From: Botryllus schlosseri
Lineage: Eukaryota
Reading direction: 5' to 3'
Length of the DNA: 64,000 nucleotides
Assembly: GCA_051294905.1 (NCBI GenBank)
Contig: CM119377.1
Coordinates: forward strand, 10,044,001 to 10,108,000
Part shown: piece by piece, positions 1 through 12,000 of the stretch
How positions within the stretch are numbered: the first letter of the stretch is position 1
How the letters are laid out: each line of letters starts with the position of its first letter
The notes under the pieces: generated by a model
Seen by the model: only the letters and a program-made list of their open reading frames with translations
The model's database searches: none
What the model was told of the DNA's origin: nothing
Position numbers and translations under genes: made by a program

Positions 1-88
1 CCGCGAGCGCCGAGCCGTCCAAATTATCGCCAGATACATCGACCTCTTTCGCGTCCCCAGACCCAGTCTCATCTCCGTTTACCGCAGG
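1..88 (-). CDS. SPTBN1: beta-spectrin exon 41 (partial), post-repeat tail [17 protein letters not shown]...
   Basis: cag acceptor at 91-89, open frame, phase 0 matching the donor at 412. Confidence 0.7.
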
Positions 89-3000
89 CTGATCAGAGCG
101 ACAAAATTCAATTTAATGAAAAATAGTACGATTGTTGATATAAAATGTTCTTTTCAATTATCTACTAGTTGCTGACGATTGCCCCTGACGAGTGTGAGCT
201 GAAAATATTTGTTTATTTCAATATCAATATAGAGTTGACTCCGTGTAGTTCGTAAATTTTGGCTTTTTGGAAACTGCTTTGCCCGAATTAATAAGATGAA
301 CAATTGTTCGTTTCATGGTCACACACCATATCCATGTCTAAATTAAGCGGATTCGACTGTATTATTTAACAGAACACTAAAAACGATGATGAAAAAATTC
401 CTTATCGTTTACCATGGCTGGTTGCGATTCTTGTACCGTCGTCTCAGCTTTGGCAATTTCTTCATCATGATTGCCGTTGACCAATGGCGCTGCCGCCTGA
501 GCTTCTTCCCTCTCCCGCTCCAAACGAGCCACTTCCGCTTTCACTCTGTTCCTTTCCTCTTCCTCCTCGGCCTCTCGTTTCCTCTTCTCTTCCTCTTCTT
601 GTTTCTTTCTGTCCTCCACCTCTTTCACCTCGAGCTGAGAGAAAAAGGTCGGCGATAAGTCAAGCAGTCAGTACAGAGAGAGCCGGTCGGTAACGAGGTA
701 CGTGTATTCTCTCAGAGTACCAGCCGGGACACACTCACCGCCGTGACTTTCTCCAAAGCCCCGAATCGCGTCTCCCACGGAACGGCGGCTTTCTCGAACC
801 CGTCGAGTTTGCGGAGCATTTGCTCGGTGTCGTCGATGCTCCGCTCTACCTCGCCGCCCGGGTCCCCTCGTACCATACCTTGCTGCTGGGACAGCCAGAC
901 CTCGCACACTGACGCGTCGTGAGCGAACTGGTACACTTCGAGTACTGGAAAACGCGACGAAATCAGATCAAATGGTGCAGTTAAAAAAACGAAGACAAGA
1001 GATCAAAGCTATGTCGGGCAAGATCAAGGGCACTGCAATAAAGATCAAAGATGGACTGGACAACATCAAAGCGAAATTTTACAAGATCAAAGACATATCG
1101 ACAAAGATCAAAGACATTTTTCCGAAGATCAAAGGTGTAACGGCCAAGATCAGAGGCACAGTACTTCAGAACAAAGGTGGACTTGGTAACATCAAAGCAA
1201 AATTTTAAAAGATCAGAGACAGACCCGACTTAACCAATAATTAAACTCACTCAGTTCAAGCCATTCCCACTTCTCCTGCCACTTGTCGACCATCGCGTTT
1301 CGCATGTCCACGAGCTCTCTCAATTTGGTCTCGATCTCGGGCGAGGCATAATGCTTCTTCTTGAGCAGGCCTTCGCCAAACTTTTGGCATTCCTCGAAAC
1401 TGCCGTCGCGAGCGTCGATCTCAGACTTGATGCCTTGATGCGTCGTCATAGCTGACTCCACCCCGGACACGTCCCTAAACAAGGTTAGCGTTATGGCGGG
1501 TCAAAACGGGAAGAACGGTCGTTTTTTGTGTACGCTTGCGCAGAGCAAGAAGAAACAGACGTTATCTGGTTTCCCACAAAAAATACATTGATCAGATCCG
1601 CTTCAACTATAAATATTATAATAAATTTAAACTAGACTAGAGCTTACGCAGTCCTGCAAAGTGCTGGGATCAAGTCACTACGTACGAGTCTGGAGTCATT
1701 TCGAGTCTCGTCGGAAGTCGTTTCAAGGTAGTGACACGAGTCAAGCCAAGTCATTCAGAAAATGTGACTCGAGTGTAGACACGAGTTGTTCCATATTTTT
1801 CATACGTCAAGTCAAGTCAGATCAAGTAATTTTTGGTTGCGGGGTCGAGCCATTCGGAAAAACCACCGACAAGATCCCACCTGGGCTTCTCTTGCGAATC
1901 GATCTGCCTGATCACGTTGGCCATCCACGCCATCAGGTCGCGGACCATGTTGAGAAATCTGAACTTGTCCAGGGCGTCGGCGAGGCAGATACGCCGGTTG
2001 TCGACGCAGTCCAGCAAGTCCTGCCAGGCCCGCTCCACGTCGCTGATACGGTCGTCAATACGCTTCTTGTCTTCTCCAGCATAAGCATCACGGACGTCTT
2101 TCCCACTTTTCGTAACCACGTTGACCTGTCGGCCGAATCAAAAGCGAGTTACGTACGACTAGGACTGTAATTCGAGTACTAAAATGAAACAGCCAGAAAG
2201 TATTGTCTTATCAACGTGTAGTGAGAGAAGATATTTTCAAGTATCATGAGCGACATTCAACTCAAAGTATAATTCTCGAATCACCCACGAAGTCGATGGT
2301 GGTCAGTAAAGAAGTACTTCTACTTTTCGCGAATAAAACGGGTGTTATCGCCATGGTTACGCACAAACACAAAAAACGAAAAAATAAAAACAATACTTAT
2401 TTTATCAATGCACCTACCCATCTACGCCGTATTCAATACCGTCTACTGATCGGCAGAGGTGGTCAGTTTTAAATTTATTAGGCAAAACTCAACTATCTCT
2501 GCTTGTACTCGGGTAGAAATTTCCGTCGTTACATTTACTTCTACTCGAGCGCAGCCGGAGTCTGTTCTCACCTGTCCGCCGATGGCTTTGATGTCCTGGC
2601 TGAAAATGTCGTGTTTCCGCTGGTAGTCTTCGACTGTGAGATAGTCGGCGCCCAACTCTTCCGGGATTTGATTTCGTTTCTCCCTTATTCGTCCGAGCGT
2701 CTCTTCGGAATCGTGATAGAATTTGTGTAGAGCGTACGACGCTGCCAACAACTATACGGAGGAACAAAGACGGTTCGTTAATTCTACAGTGACGCAGAAA
2801 TCGAGAAAACGGAGGTCACAGGTAATAAAAAGGACAGACGCTAAAGGCATAATCAAGAGTGTGGAGAATTAATATGTCTCTAGCGCGATTACGACAGTTC
2901 GATGATTGATTGATGACTGGTAACCGGCATTGTTCTCCTTGTGGTTGTAAAAAGATATACGTACTATGCAACTTTTGTACCTTTTCTACAACTTCTGGCA

Positions 3001-6000
3001 GCTTCCTTAATACTCAGTAGTTACGTAGTATGGTGTTTCAAGCTGTTTGGAGGAATCTTATATTGCAACTCTTTTCGATTTCTCGTGCAACGTTTTGTAA
3101 GTTTTTTTTTATTTTTTGTGCACCTTACTTTCTACTGGGAATATTTGGCACTATATGTAAATGAATCGCTCGATTATTTCACTGACGTTTAAATTCGAGA
3201 TCCTTTCTGATTCAGTAGAGATGATGCATACCGAATTTAGCTCAATTCCAACCACTAGAAGCGAAGTTATTGCGGTAGAAAAATTTGGATTTGAATAAAA
3301 TAGTATTTACGGTGGCGAACTCTTTATTTATTATAAAATCATGGAATTGAAATTTTTCTACTGCAATAACTTCGCTTCTAGTGGTTGGAATTGAGTCAAA
3401 GTTGGTGTGCAGCGTTGTTTTAACCAACCCAACAACTTTATCACGTAGCCAGTGAAATCTGAAGAAAAAGTTTTTTTTCTGAACAGCCCGTTTGTCAATA
3501 CATGCAAGTTTTGTGAAAAATTCGACTGCAATAAAAACTTGACCTAGTTATTATGATTGAGCTTTTGAAGACATCTATATTGTTATGACGGCCTAAATGG
3601 TTAAAGAATACTTGACTCAACACGTAGCATTATACTACACTCGGAATCGAACTAGTCAGGTTTTTAATTATCCGGTTCAGAATTCAATTGGTTTCGAATT
3701 CGCCCATTTCGTGAATAGCAGTGAAATCGCCAAGAACATGAAACACCGCAGGCTGTAAACCGCGGCACATCGCAGCAGCTGGGTGACATGAAAGACATGA
3801 TAACAACTACCTTACCGCTACTCTCGTCTCGATAAGTTCCTGCAAATCGGCCCATTTATCGTTGATTGTGTCTTTCCAGTCGGCGATGATGACGGCGTCG
3901 GAATGCTCCTGCTCGATCAGCTTGTCGGCGACCTTGTTTGCGTCGTCCACCCTTTCGTGTCCCGTTTTCAGAGTGTCGTCGCGGAACTTCGAAAACTGCT
4001 CTCGAAGGGTCTTTGAGAGGAGGAAAAAGGATTCGATGATGAGTAATTCTACAGGATTTAGAAATGAAATCATACAACTAGTAATAGTTACATTATCACT
4101 GGGAATAACGATACTTTCTTCCGCCGTGGAAACATTTATATCTCGATAGACCGTAAAAGCAATGCACGTTATCAAAATAAAAAATTACATCAAAACAGAT
4201 TTCGCAAAGGGTTAAGAATCGATGACGTGGGACCTCGGCACCAGAGATCGATGACACGCAATGGGACCATTCGTGAAACTCTTTTAGACGCAGTGGCTTC
4301 TGCCAGAATGTGTTCAACTTTACTTTGAGACCGAATCCTCTTTAGAGCGCAGTGCCCCTTTTAATACTCTCACCGACACATGCTGGTAGTCCTGTCCCAG
4401 CTCTTGCGACGACGCCACGATCTCCTTCTCCTCGAGCCACTGTTCGAGGTCGTCGAGTTCGCGTCGGTACCGGAACAGCGCAACGCGTTCTTCAAGCTTG
4501 CGTCTGCGTTCAGACGCGAGATCCTTCAAGCCGGCGTACATCTTGTCGATCTGCTCCTGACGGGCCGCGATCTGTTCGCTGCGGACGTAAATATAATGGG
4601 CGTCGTCATCATGGTTGCCCATAACCGTAGAAGACAAATCGCGAGGGATGCCCTTCTACGCCGTGTTCAATCCTATTTACTATTCAGTAACGAGGTACCT
4701 CTGCTTATTCAAAGTATTTAAGTAAAGTGTCACATTTTGTAAAGTATAAAATCCCAGAGTAAAAGAGAGAGTTCACTTCTACTAGACAGACTTTTAGACT
4801 ATTCACTTTTTACACTTTGTAAAGTATAGAGATAAAGTAAAAAGATCCCCTCTGCTGATAGTTGCAGAGAAACCTGGCACACACCTTTCCGGGTGTTCCT
4901 CCTCGGCAAGTTGCCGCGCAGTTCTCGAAAGCTGTTGGATCGTGTCGGCGTAATCCTCGATACTCTGCTCTTGTACGTTGTGCTTCTTCAGCATATTCGA
5001 TGCGCCTTGGCCGTCCTGAAATCCATATATATATGATAAGAAGATTGCATTATTGAAAATACTTCTTCATAGCACTACGAGAGGGTTTGGCACTTTTTCA
5101 TGAGCGTTCCCCGTGAACACCAATCACGCCATTTCACATTGAACTAGTTTAATGCGCATCACCTGGGTAAGGAAATTCCATGTATGTGGGTCTTACACAC
5201 TTTCATGACATAATTATACCGCACTTTTCACACGTTATATATAAGAGGGGTGTCAACGCTGTTAAAAATGTATTAAATAATCATGAGGGAACACTCCATG
5301 ATAGTCAAACGTAGCGAGGCTTTTGCAAACGGCAATTTCAATGCCTATCCGCCCCACTCGCTTATATGAAGATGTCCGGCGTACCTGTGCTTTTTCCTCG
5401 GACATCATGTACAGTTCTTGTTCTCCCATCCATTGCTCCGCTTCGGACGCATCAAAATAGTAGCGTTGCGCTCGTTCCGCGTCTTCCAAGCTGTTCTTCC
5501 TCTCGTCGACGGACTTTTCGAGCCTGCAGAAAAAAATATTCCATCACTTTCATGCCTGGACTATTGTAATAACATATTGCACAGATCTACTTACGTTTCC
5601 CATTTGTCTTTCAACTCGTGTATTTTGTCGTTGATTTTGTCAGAGTGCGGGTTGTCGTCGGTCGCCATTTGTTCGCCCCGCGCGCACACGGCTTCGATAC
5701 GAGGCTCGTGTCCGTCGATTTCAGATTTCAACGACTGCGGAAGGTAGAGAAAAAAAAGTCTTGAATCGCGAGAAGTTGGTAGGAAAGCAAGTACTAAAGT
5801 ATCAGTGATAGCAAAGTCACCAGTGAATTTGGAAATAGGCGGTCCCTAATCCTGATCCCAACCTACCCTTAGATGACCCTCAGCCCTACCTAATCACGAA
5901 TCCTAACTCGAATACATTGATATATACATAGTAATTGCCAAGCGTCAAAATTATCCAAGTGTTGTACATCACAATTCACGCCCATAGTCAGAGAAACATT

Positions 6001-9000
6001 AATTTTCCAACTTATTAATACAATATTGATGCATCACTTTCATAATATTATTATCTATCATATTTCTAAAGCCAAATACAACATGTCACACTCACCGAGT
6101 GCCAAATATCACACTTCACACTCGCATGCAGCAGAAGTGATTTTCTAATTCTTAATACAAAAGGGATGGACACACAAAAAAAACGCCCTGCCGACCTAGA
6201 CTTTGTTTTTATGTGCAAGCGATGAAGGGAACATGAAGCAAAACGATTCCTACCTGATTTTTCTTCTGCAGCGCCTGTACCTCTTGTAAATTGCTGCCGA
6301 CTTCGGGGGATAAGGCTTGGGGCATTTTTTCGTCCACCCACAACTTTTCGTCTTCCACATCCCTGTAACAGAATCAATGTCGTTAGCGACAACTGGTTAG
6401 AATATCGGCGAATCGAACATATCACCTGTAAAACTGGTGCAGCTGCTTGCTCGAGTCCAGCATCTGCTTCCTCCTGCTCAGCGGCTCGATCAAGTCCTCG
6501 ATACGTTTCCTGACCTCGTTACGTTTCTTGTCCATCGGGTCAGCGTCACCGCCGTCTTCGCGCAGGCCATCGGCTGTGAAGGAGAAGATGATATTCAACA
6601 ATGATACACACACGCAAATCGCCTACATCTGCACAATTGGTCTGTAATGTACTACTTTTTCGAATTATTCCATTTGGTTTTGCTTACTTGATCGAGTGGA
6701 TTATTTCTACTTCTTAACAGTTTAGGCAAAGGCCTAGAAAACTTACTTAGAAATAGCTGCTTCTGTTTGAGTAGAGAGTAATGTGGGCCAAAGACGGTCG
6801 GTAAATATATACTCAAGATATTGCCTACAACGGCGGCTACTTTCAAACGCTTTTCTACAAATCTTAACGACTTTCCTGTGAGCTTATTGAAGGCTCATTG
6901 ACGTTTTTTTATCAATAAACTATATAATAAGGCATGGATACGAATTATTTTTGAGATTTTACGAATTGTTCATGTTTCAAACTTTGAATTCGATTTTTCA
7001 AGTGAGAAAATCAAGTTTCTGTAAAATTTCAATTTCTTTTGGACACATCTGGGCTTTGGTCATGTTTGACACATTATTTCACAGAGATATGGCGGAAAGA
7101 TAATTTTGCAAAAATTTGACTTGACTTTGACCACATCTGGATAAAGATCCTAAAACCGAGGCTAGCATGTGGCCGAGCACCTTGGTTTTCCAGCTCTTGT
7201 ACTTCCTGCCTCCGGACTTCGATTTCGTCCACGTCGGCCGTGTGATTCTTCATCAGCACGTTGACGCTGGCCAGGTCCTTCCCGTAGTCGTCCGATTCCA
7301 GCTGCCGCTCCATTTGCTCCACGAATTTTTCCAAGTCCTCGCAAGCCTTCAGAAAGGAAGCGATACTCAAGCGACGTGGCATTTGGAAAGTTCAAATGGT
7401 CAAGGGTACCACAATATATTGCAAGATATTACAATACAATGGCCTATCAAGGGCATTATATTTTTACCTAAAAAAAAAGGAAAATTTTGACCTAAAAAAT
7501 CAAAATGTTGACTTTTTTTGACCTAAACGAATTGAATTTTTACCAAATTTTTACCTAACGTATGTGAATTAGGTGTTTTCCAACGTAATGTTGAAATTGT
7601 ACCACTTATCTTCATTTCTGGTTGGAACTGGCTGTCCTAACAAAGTAGTTTGGCCTGAAAAAACGTTTTGGGCTTAGAAACAGGCAACTTTTTACATGAA
7701 AAAACCAATATTGTAATGAAATCTGGCCCTATGAAGAATTCCAGTGGTTACAATACGTACTATAGTAGAAATCATTGCAAATTTTTGTAGCACAGCGAAA
7801 GATCTAATTTCCTACATTCTTGGGTAGAAAGTGCATGTTCTTACAAAGAAGCTTGCCAAGGCCGTTCAACAGCAGCAGTTGTTGGCTGACAACACACAAG
7901 TTGTGCGAACACTGCCGGTGACACACCGTGTTGCTTCATTCTGACAATGTTGTCTACAGCACAATTTTTCATCATACGCTTCTTAATATAAGAATGACGC
8001 AATGTCCAAGAAGTCTTTCTTCAGTTAGGATATTGCGGTACGTTGACCATAACACCATGTCAACATATTGTTTTATTTGACCGTTTATGATTCACAATCA
8101 GCAGACAATTAGCCGTTAGCAACGGTAGGCCCACAAAGTAGGCTACAAGCTGTAAAATATCAAATGATAAGTTCACCGACAGTGCAAAATCTACGATATA
8201 AACGAAATGCAGACGTCAAAAAACGTTTGACTTTATGAAGAATTTTGACAAATTTTGACCTTATGCTACAATTTTGACAAAATTTTGACAAACTTTGATA
8301 TGTCAAAAGTAAACCGCCCAGCCTATCACTTATTTTGGCTGTAACTCTAGTTCTCCTAGTGTGCTGGAGAGCGACACGTTCAAAAAGGTCTACAACCGCT
8401 GACGTAGTAGTGCACCTTAAACACAACTTACTTGAGTGAGCAATTCGGACTTGTGAGCCTCGAAGAGCGTCTTCTCTTTGGAGGCGGTGCTAGATTCCAG
8501 CTCCGCCCACTTTCTCCTCAGCTCGTCCAATCGCGTTTCGATGCCGTCTTTCCTGTCCGGTTTCGATTCGCCCAGTTCCTCTCCTTCCTCCTCGAGACGA
8601 GTCAGGCGCGATTTGTTGGCGCTCAGCTCGGCTGCAAAAGCCTGGAAAAAAGCGGGCATGGTTGGTGTTTTGCCGAAAAAGGTCTGGATTTTCGCAGAGA
8701 AGGTGCCAGATCTCCATTTTTCAATGGTCGATATCAAATAGACATCTCAAATCAAATCACATTTGGTGCAAAACGCATAGAGGTGGTCAAGTACTCAATT
8801 ACGAGTAACGCCGTGAATTTCTACTAAGTACAAGTGGAAGTAACGACTTTCAAGAAGTAAAACTGGTCGAGAGGTCGCATACCTTTTTTGAAATTGCAAG
8901 ATACATTTTAATGACTAACGCAAAACCACTATCGACACTAAAAATAGGTGCAATTTTCGAAAATATATTCACATGCTGTGATACAGGGGCCATTTCGTCT

Positions 9001-12000
9001 GCCGGGCAATCTCGTCAGCCAGCAAAACCTACTTGAGTACTCCGAATAAGTGAAGTACGTTGCTACTGGTCCCCTCTGATTAAGTATGACTGGCATCGTT
9101 TGTCTGGTCTCATAATTAGTACATATCTGAATAACACGAGTCTTATTTGGCGCTGAATATCAAAATGTGAGCAGTGGGCTCGAATAGGTAAAGTATACAG
9201 CGTTTTCGCTGCTCTCTCTCAAGATTGTGAGCAATAAAAATGGCACTATGAATAGGTGAGATTTTCTAAAAATACCATCAGTTGCAGTCATACAGAGCTA
9301 TGTCGCCTACTCGCTACGACAAGTTACGACATAGTATTATTACTCTATTACAAACTGGAAAAAAGTAGATTACCTGATGCTTTTGCCACTTCGTGTGCAG
9401 ATTGCGGGCGTCGTCGTAAGTGGCGTCCTTGGCGGTCAACATTTTCTCGTCGATCCATTCGTTCAGGTCCTCGCAGTCGGCGAAAAACTTTTGCATCGCC
9501 AAGTTTTCCTGAAAGCACAAAGCAGCGGGGCTCGGAATCAGGATTAGTTGGAAAAAATGCCTGACAGAATGATTCGAGCAGTGCGAGTCAATCTTTTCGA
9601 GTACTGAACTTGATCACCTCTTGCAACCAGGAATTACTTTTTCAGGGGAATCATCGACTCGTTAATTCCTTCGGAACACAGCATCCAAAACATCTGGCAA
9701 AGGGCTAGGCATGTTCATATGCACCAGGCGACGAAAACGAAGCCGCGACGCGTTACACCAAATTACTCCATATCAAGTTCACCTGGCAATATTCAATTGG
9801 GATCGAACAAAGGACCCATATTTCAACTTTTCAGATTTTGATTTTTTTGAATATGTGTTTGACACGATGAATGAAACTCGACCCGAAAGTTTATACTTGA
9901 CTCGGAATATACAAATGCCGCATCCCATTACCTTGAGCAGCTCCGTGACCTTCTCGGCTTCCTCCCTGTTCTTCTTCTGTCGCTCTTGGACTCTTTCGGC
10001 GCGTTCAGAGATTTTGTCGGCGGCGTAATGATCGTTTTCCGGCTTGGCCAAAGTATCGGCAGACCTGAAGAAATCGAAAATTTCAAATTGTCTTCATTTA
10101 TTATTCAAATTTAATTTAATAAACCAATTTCATTCATTTATTTTGCGAGACAACACATCCGTAGCTGCATATACCTCAACACGGCGTTGATCCTTTCTTC
10201 GCTGGCGGCCATCGACGTTACAAACGCCTCGTGTTTCTTTAGCTGTTCCTCGGCCACGTCCGGGGACGCCAGAGACCGTTGCGGGCCATCCACAACTTCC
10301 TGTCCGTCCGTCTCGTCGACGGGCAAGACCGCTTGTGCCTGAGCGCGGGTGCTCGACAATGCGTACTCTTGATTACTGAGCACTTGCTCGGCCTGAACGT
10401 GACGGAAAAAGCGTTTGTATAACCTACAATCTCAGCTTTTCAGGCTTACTAGCAATAGTACAGGTTTATATTGTTATTTCAAACATCAGTTAACAGTCTC
10501 GAATCCTAAATAGGTTGCACAGAAGTGCCAATACTGCATTAGTCATTTTGACAGAGAGAGAGAAAGAGAGAGAGAGAGGAAGAGATTTATTTGAATATGT
10601 GGAACATAACAATGCCGTAATCATCTAGATTGGTACCGTTGTTATGATCTGTACTCCATAATCAAAGGTCATGGTTGTGCAAACATCGTACATCCATTGA
10701 GTGATATATACGGTTAATATATACGAAATGCAATGTTTTGAATGAAAGAAAAGGAAAAATTATCTAAATTAGGAAAAAAGAATGATAAAAATAAAAATTA
10801 TTCCAGATTAGAACAACATGACTCGCTGAGATAATGATAAATGAAGACAAGGAATAAATAGACATGGTGCAAATATACATGAAGTCGTTTCGGACGAGTT
10901 TGTTCTTGAATCGCGTAATACTAGCTTCTAGCAAGAGCGCTAGGCTTTTGTAAGACATTCTGGTTTAGGCTACATACGTAGCAGTGAGCAACGCAAGTCT
11001 AACTTTGCACAAAGATTTCCACGAATACAATGCGAAAGTTACAATATCCAGGATATATTCACCTGCTTGCAGTCACGCAAGAAGGTCTGATACTGATGAG
11101 CTTGCGTCAGGAACTTATTTCTGTTCTCCCACATCTGCTGAAGCTCGTCCCAGCCCTGATCCAGAGACTGAAACAAATAATACACAATTTAAACATGCGG
11201 ATCCATCCTATTTTGATGCACTTGAGCCAACGAAAGTATTTTATATCATTGACCTTTTGAATACCGGACTATGATTATAAGATATATAGCGCCTTGAACT
11301 AGAATCGGATTGAGAACCCATAATTTGGTCGGCAATGGATTTAAGATCACACGCTCATTTTCCCAAAGATCACAGTGTCAAGTTGAGCTTGGGAAATTTC
11401 AACGTTAGAGTATTAGACGGCACCACGGCAAATATGGCTTGCATACCCAGGAAGATAAAAAGTAGATAGAAGTTTCCGTAATGCATCAAATCAATCATTC
11501 CAACGCCTTAACAAGGCCCCCATTGCTGAATTATTTATTTCACCGATGCTCGAATCACCATTCTAATGGATTCAGATCTCAGATTACATGACAAAAACAC
11601 AATCCGAATTAAATAAGGAGAATTTTATCTCAAGAGAATACTTGAATATGGATTGGGGCGACAGATTCCGTGTCGTCGGGAGAGGCCATTCACACTTTTA
11701 TTTGTGTGCGTTGTAGTCGACTTTTATCAAAATACGCTAACCTAGACTGTGTCGACAGAAGGAGTTAGTGTGCCATCTAAAAAGAGTACATTGAGCTCAA
11801 GCGATCTCTCCACCGCGATTATTCGAAATTTCATGCCGGTGATACGATTGTTGATATACAATGTTCTTTTTACTTCCCTACTAGTTGCTGACGATTACCA
11901 CTGACAAGTGTCAGCCGAGTATATTCGGGTTCATTTCTATAGAAATATACTTTTCAATGGCATATGGATCGTTACAACTCTTCGCCGATAACTAAATAAA

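Noticed and set aside
980-1220. Periodic repeat as a CRISPR array
   Set aside because: Eukaryotic intron, 21-nt total period with degenerate units, no repeat-spacer structure and no cas genes; the GTCAA arrays in the MITEs were rejected for the same reason
1661-2170. 169-aa plus-strand ORF, the longest in the track
   Set aside because: It is a MITE fragment plus the antisense of spectrin exon 37; an open antisense frame is expected from codon bias
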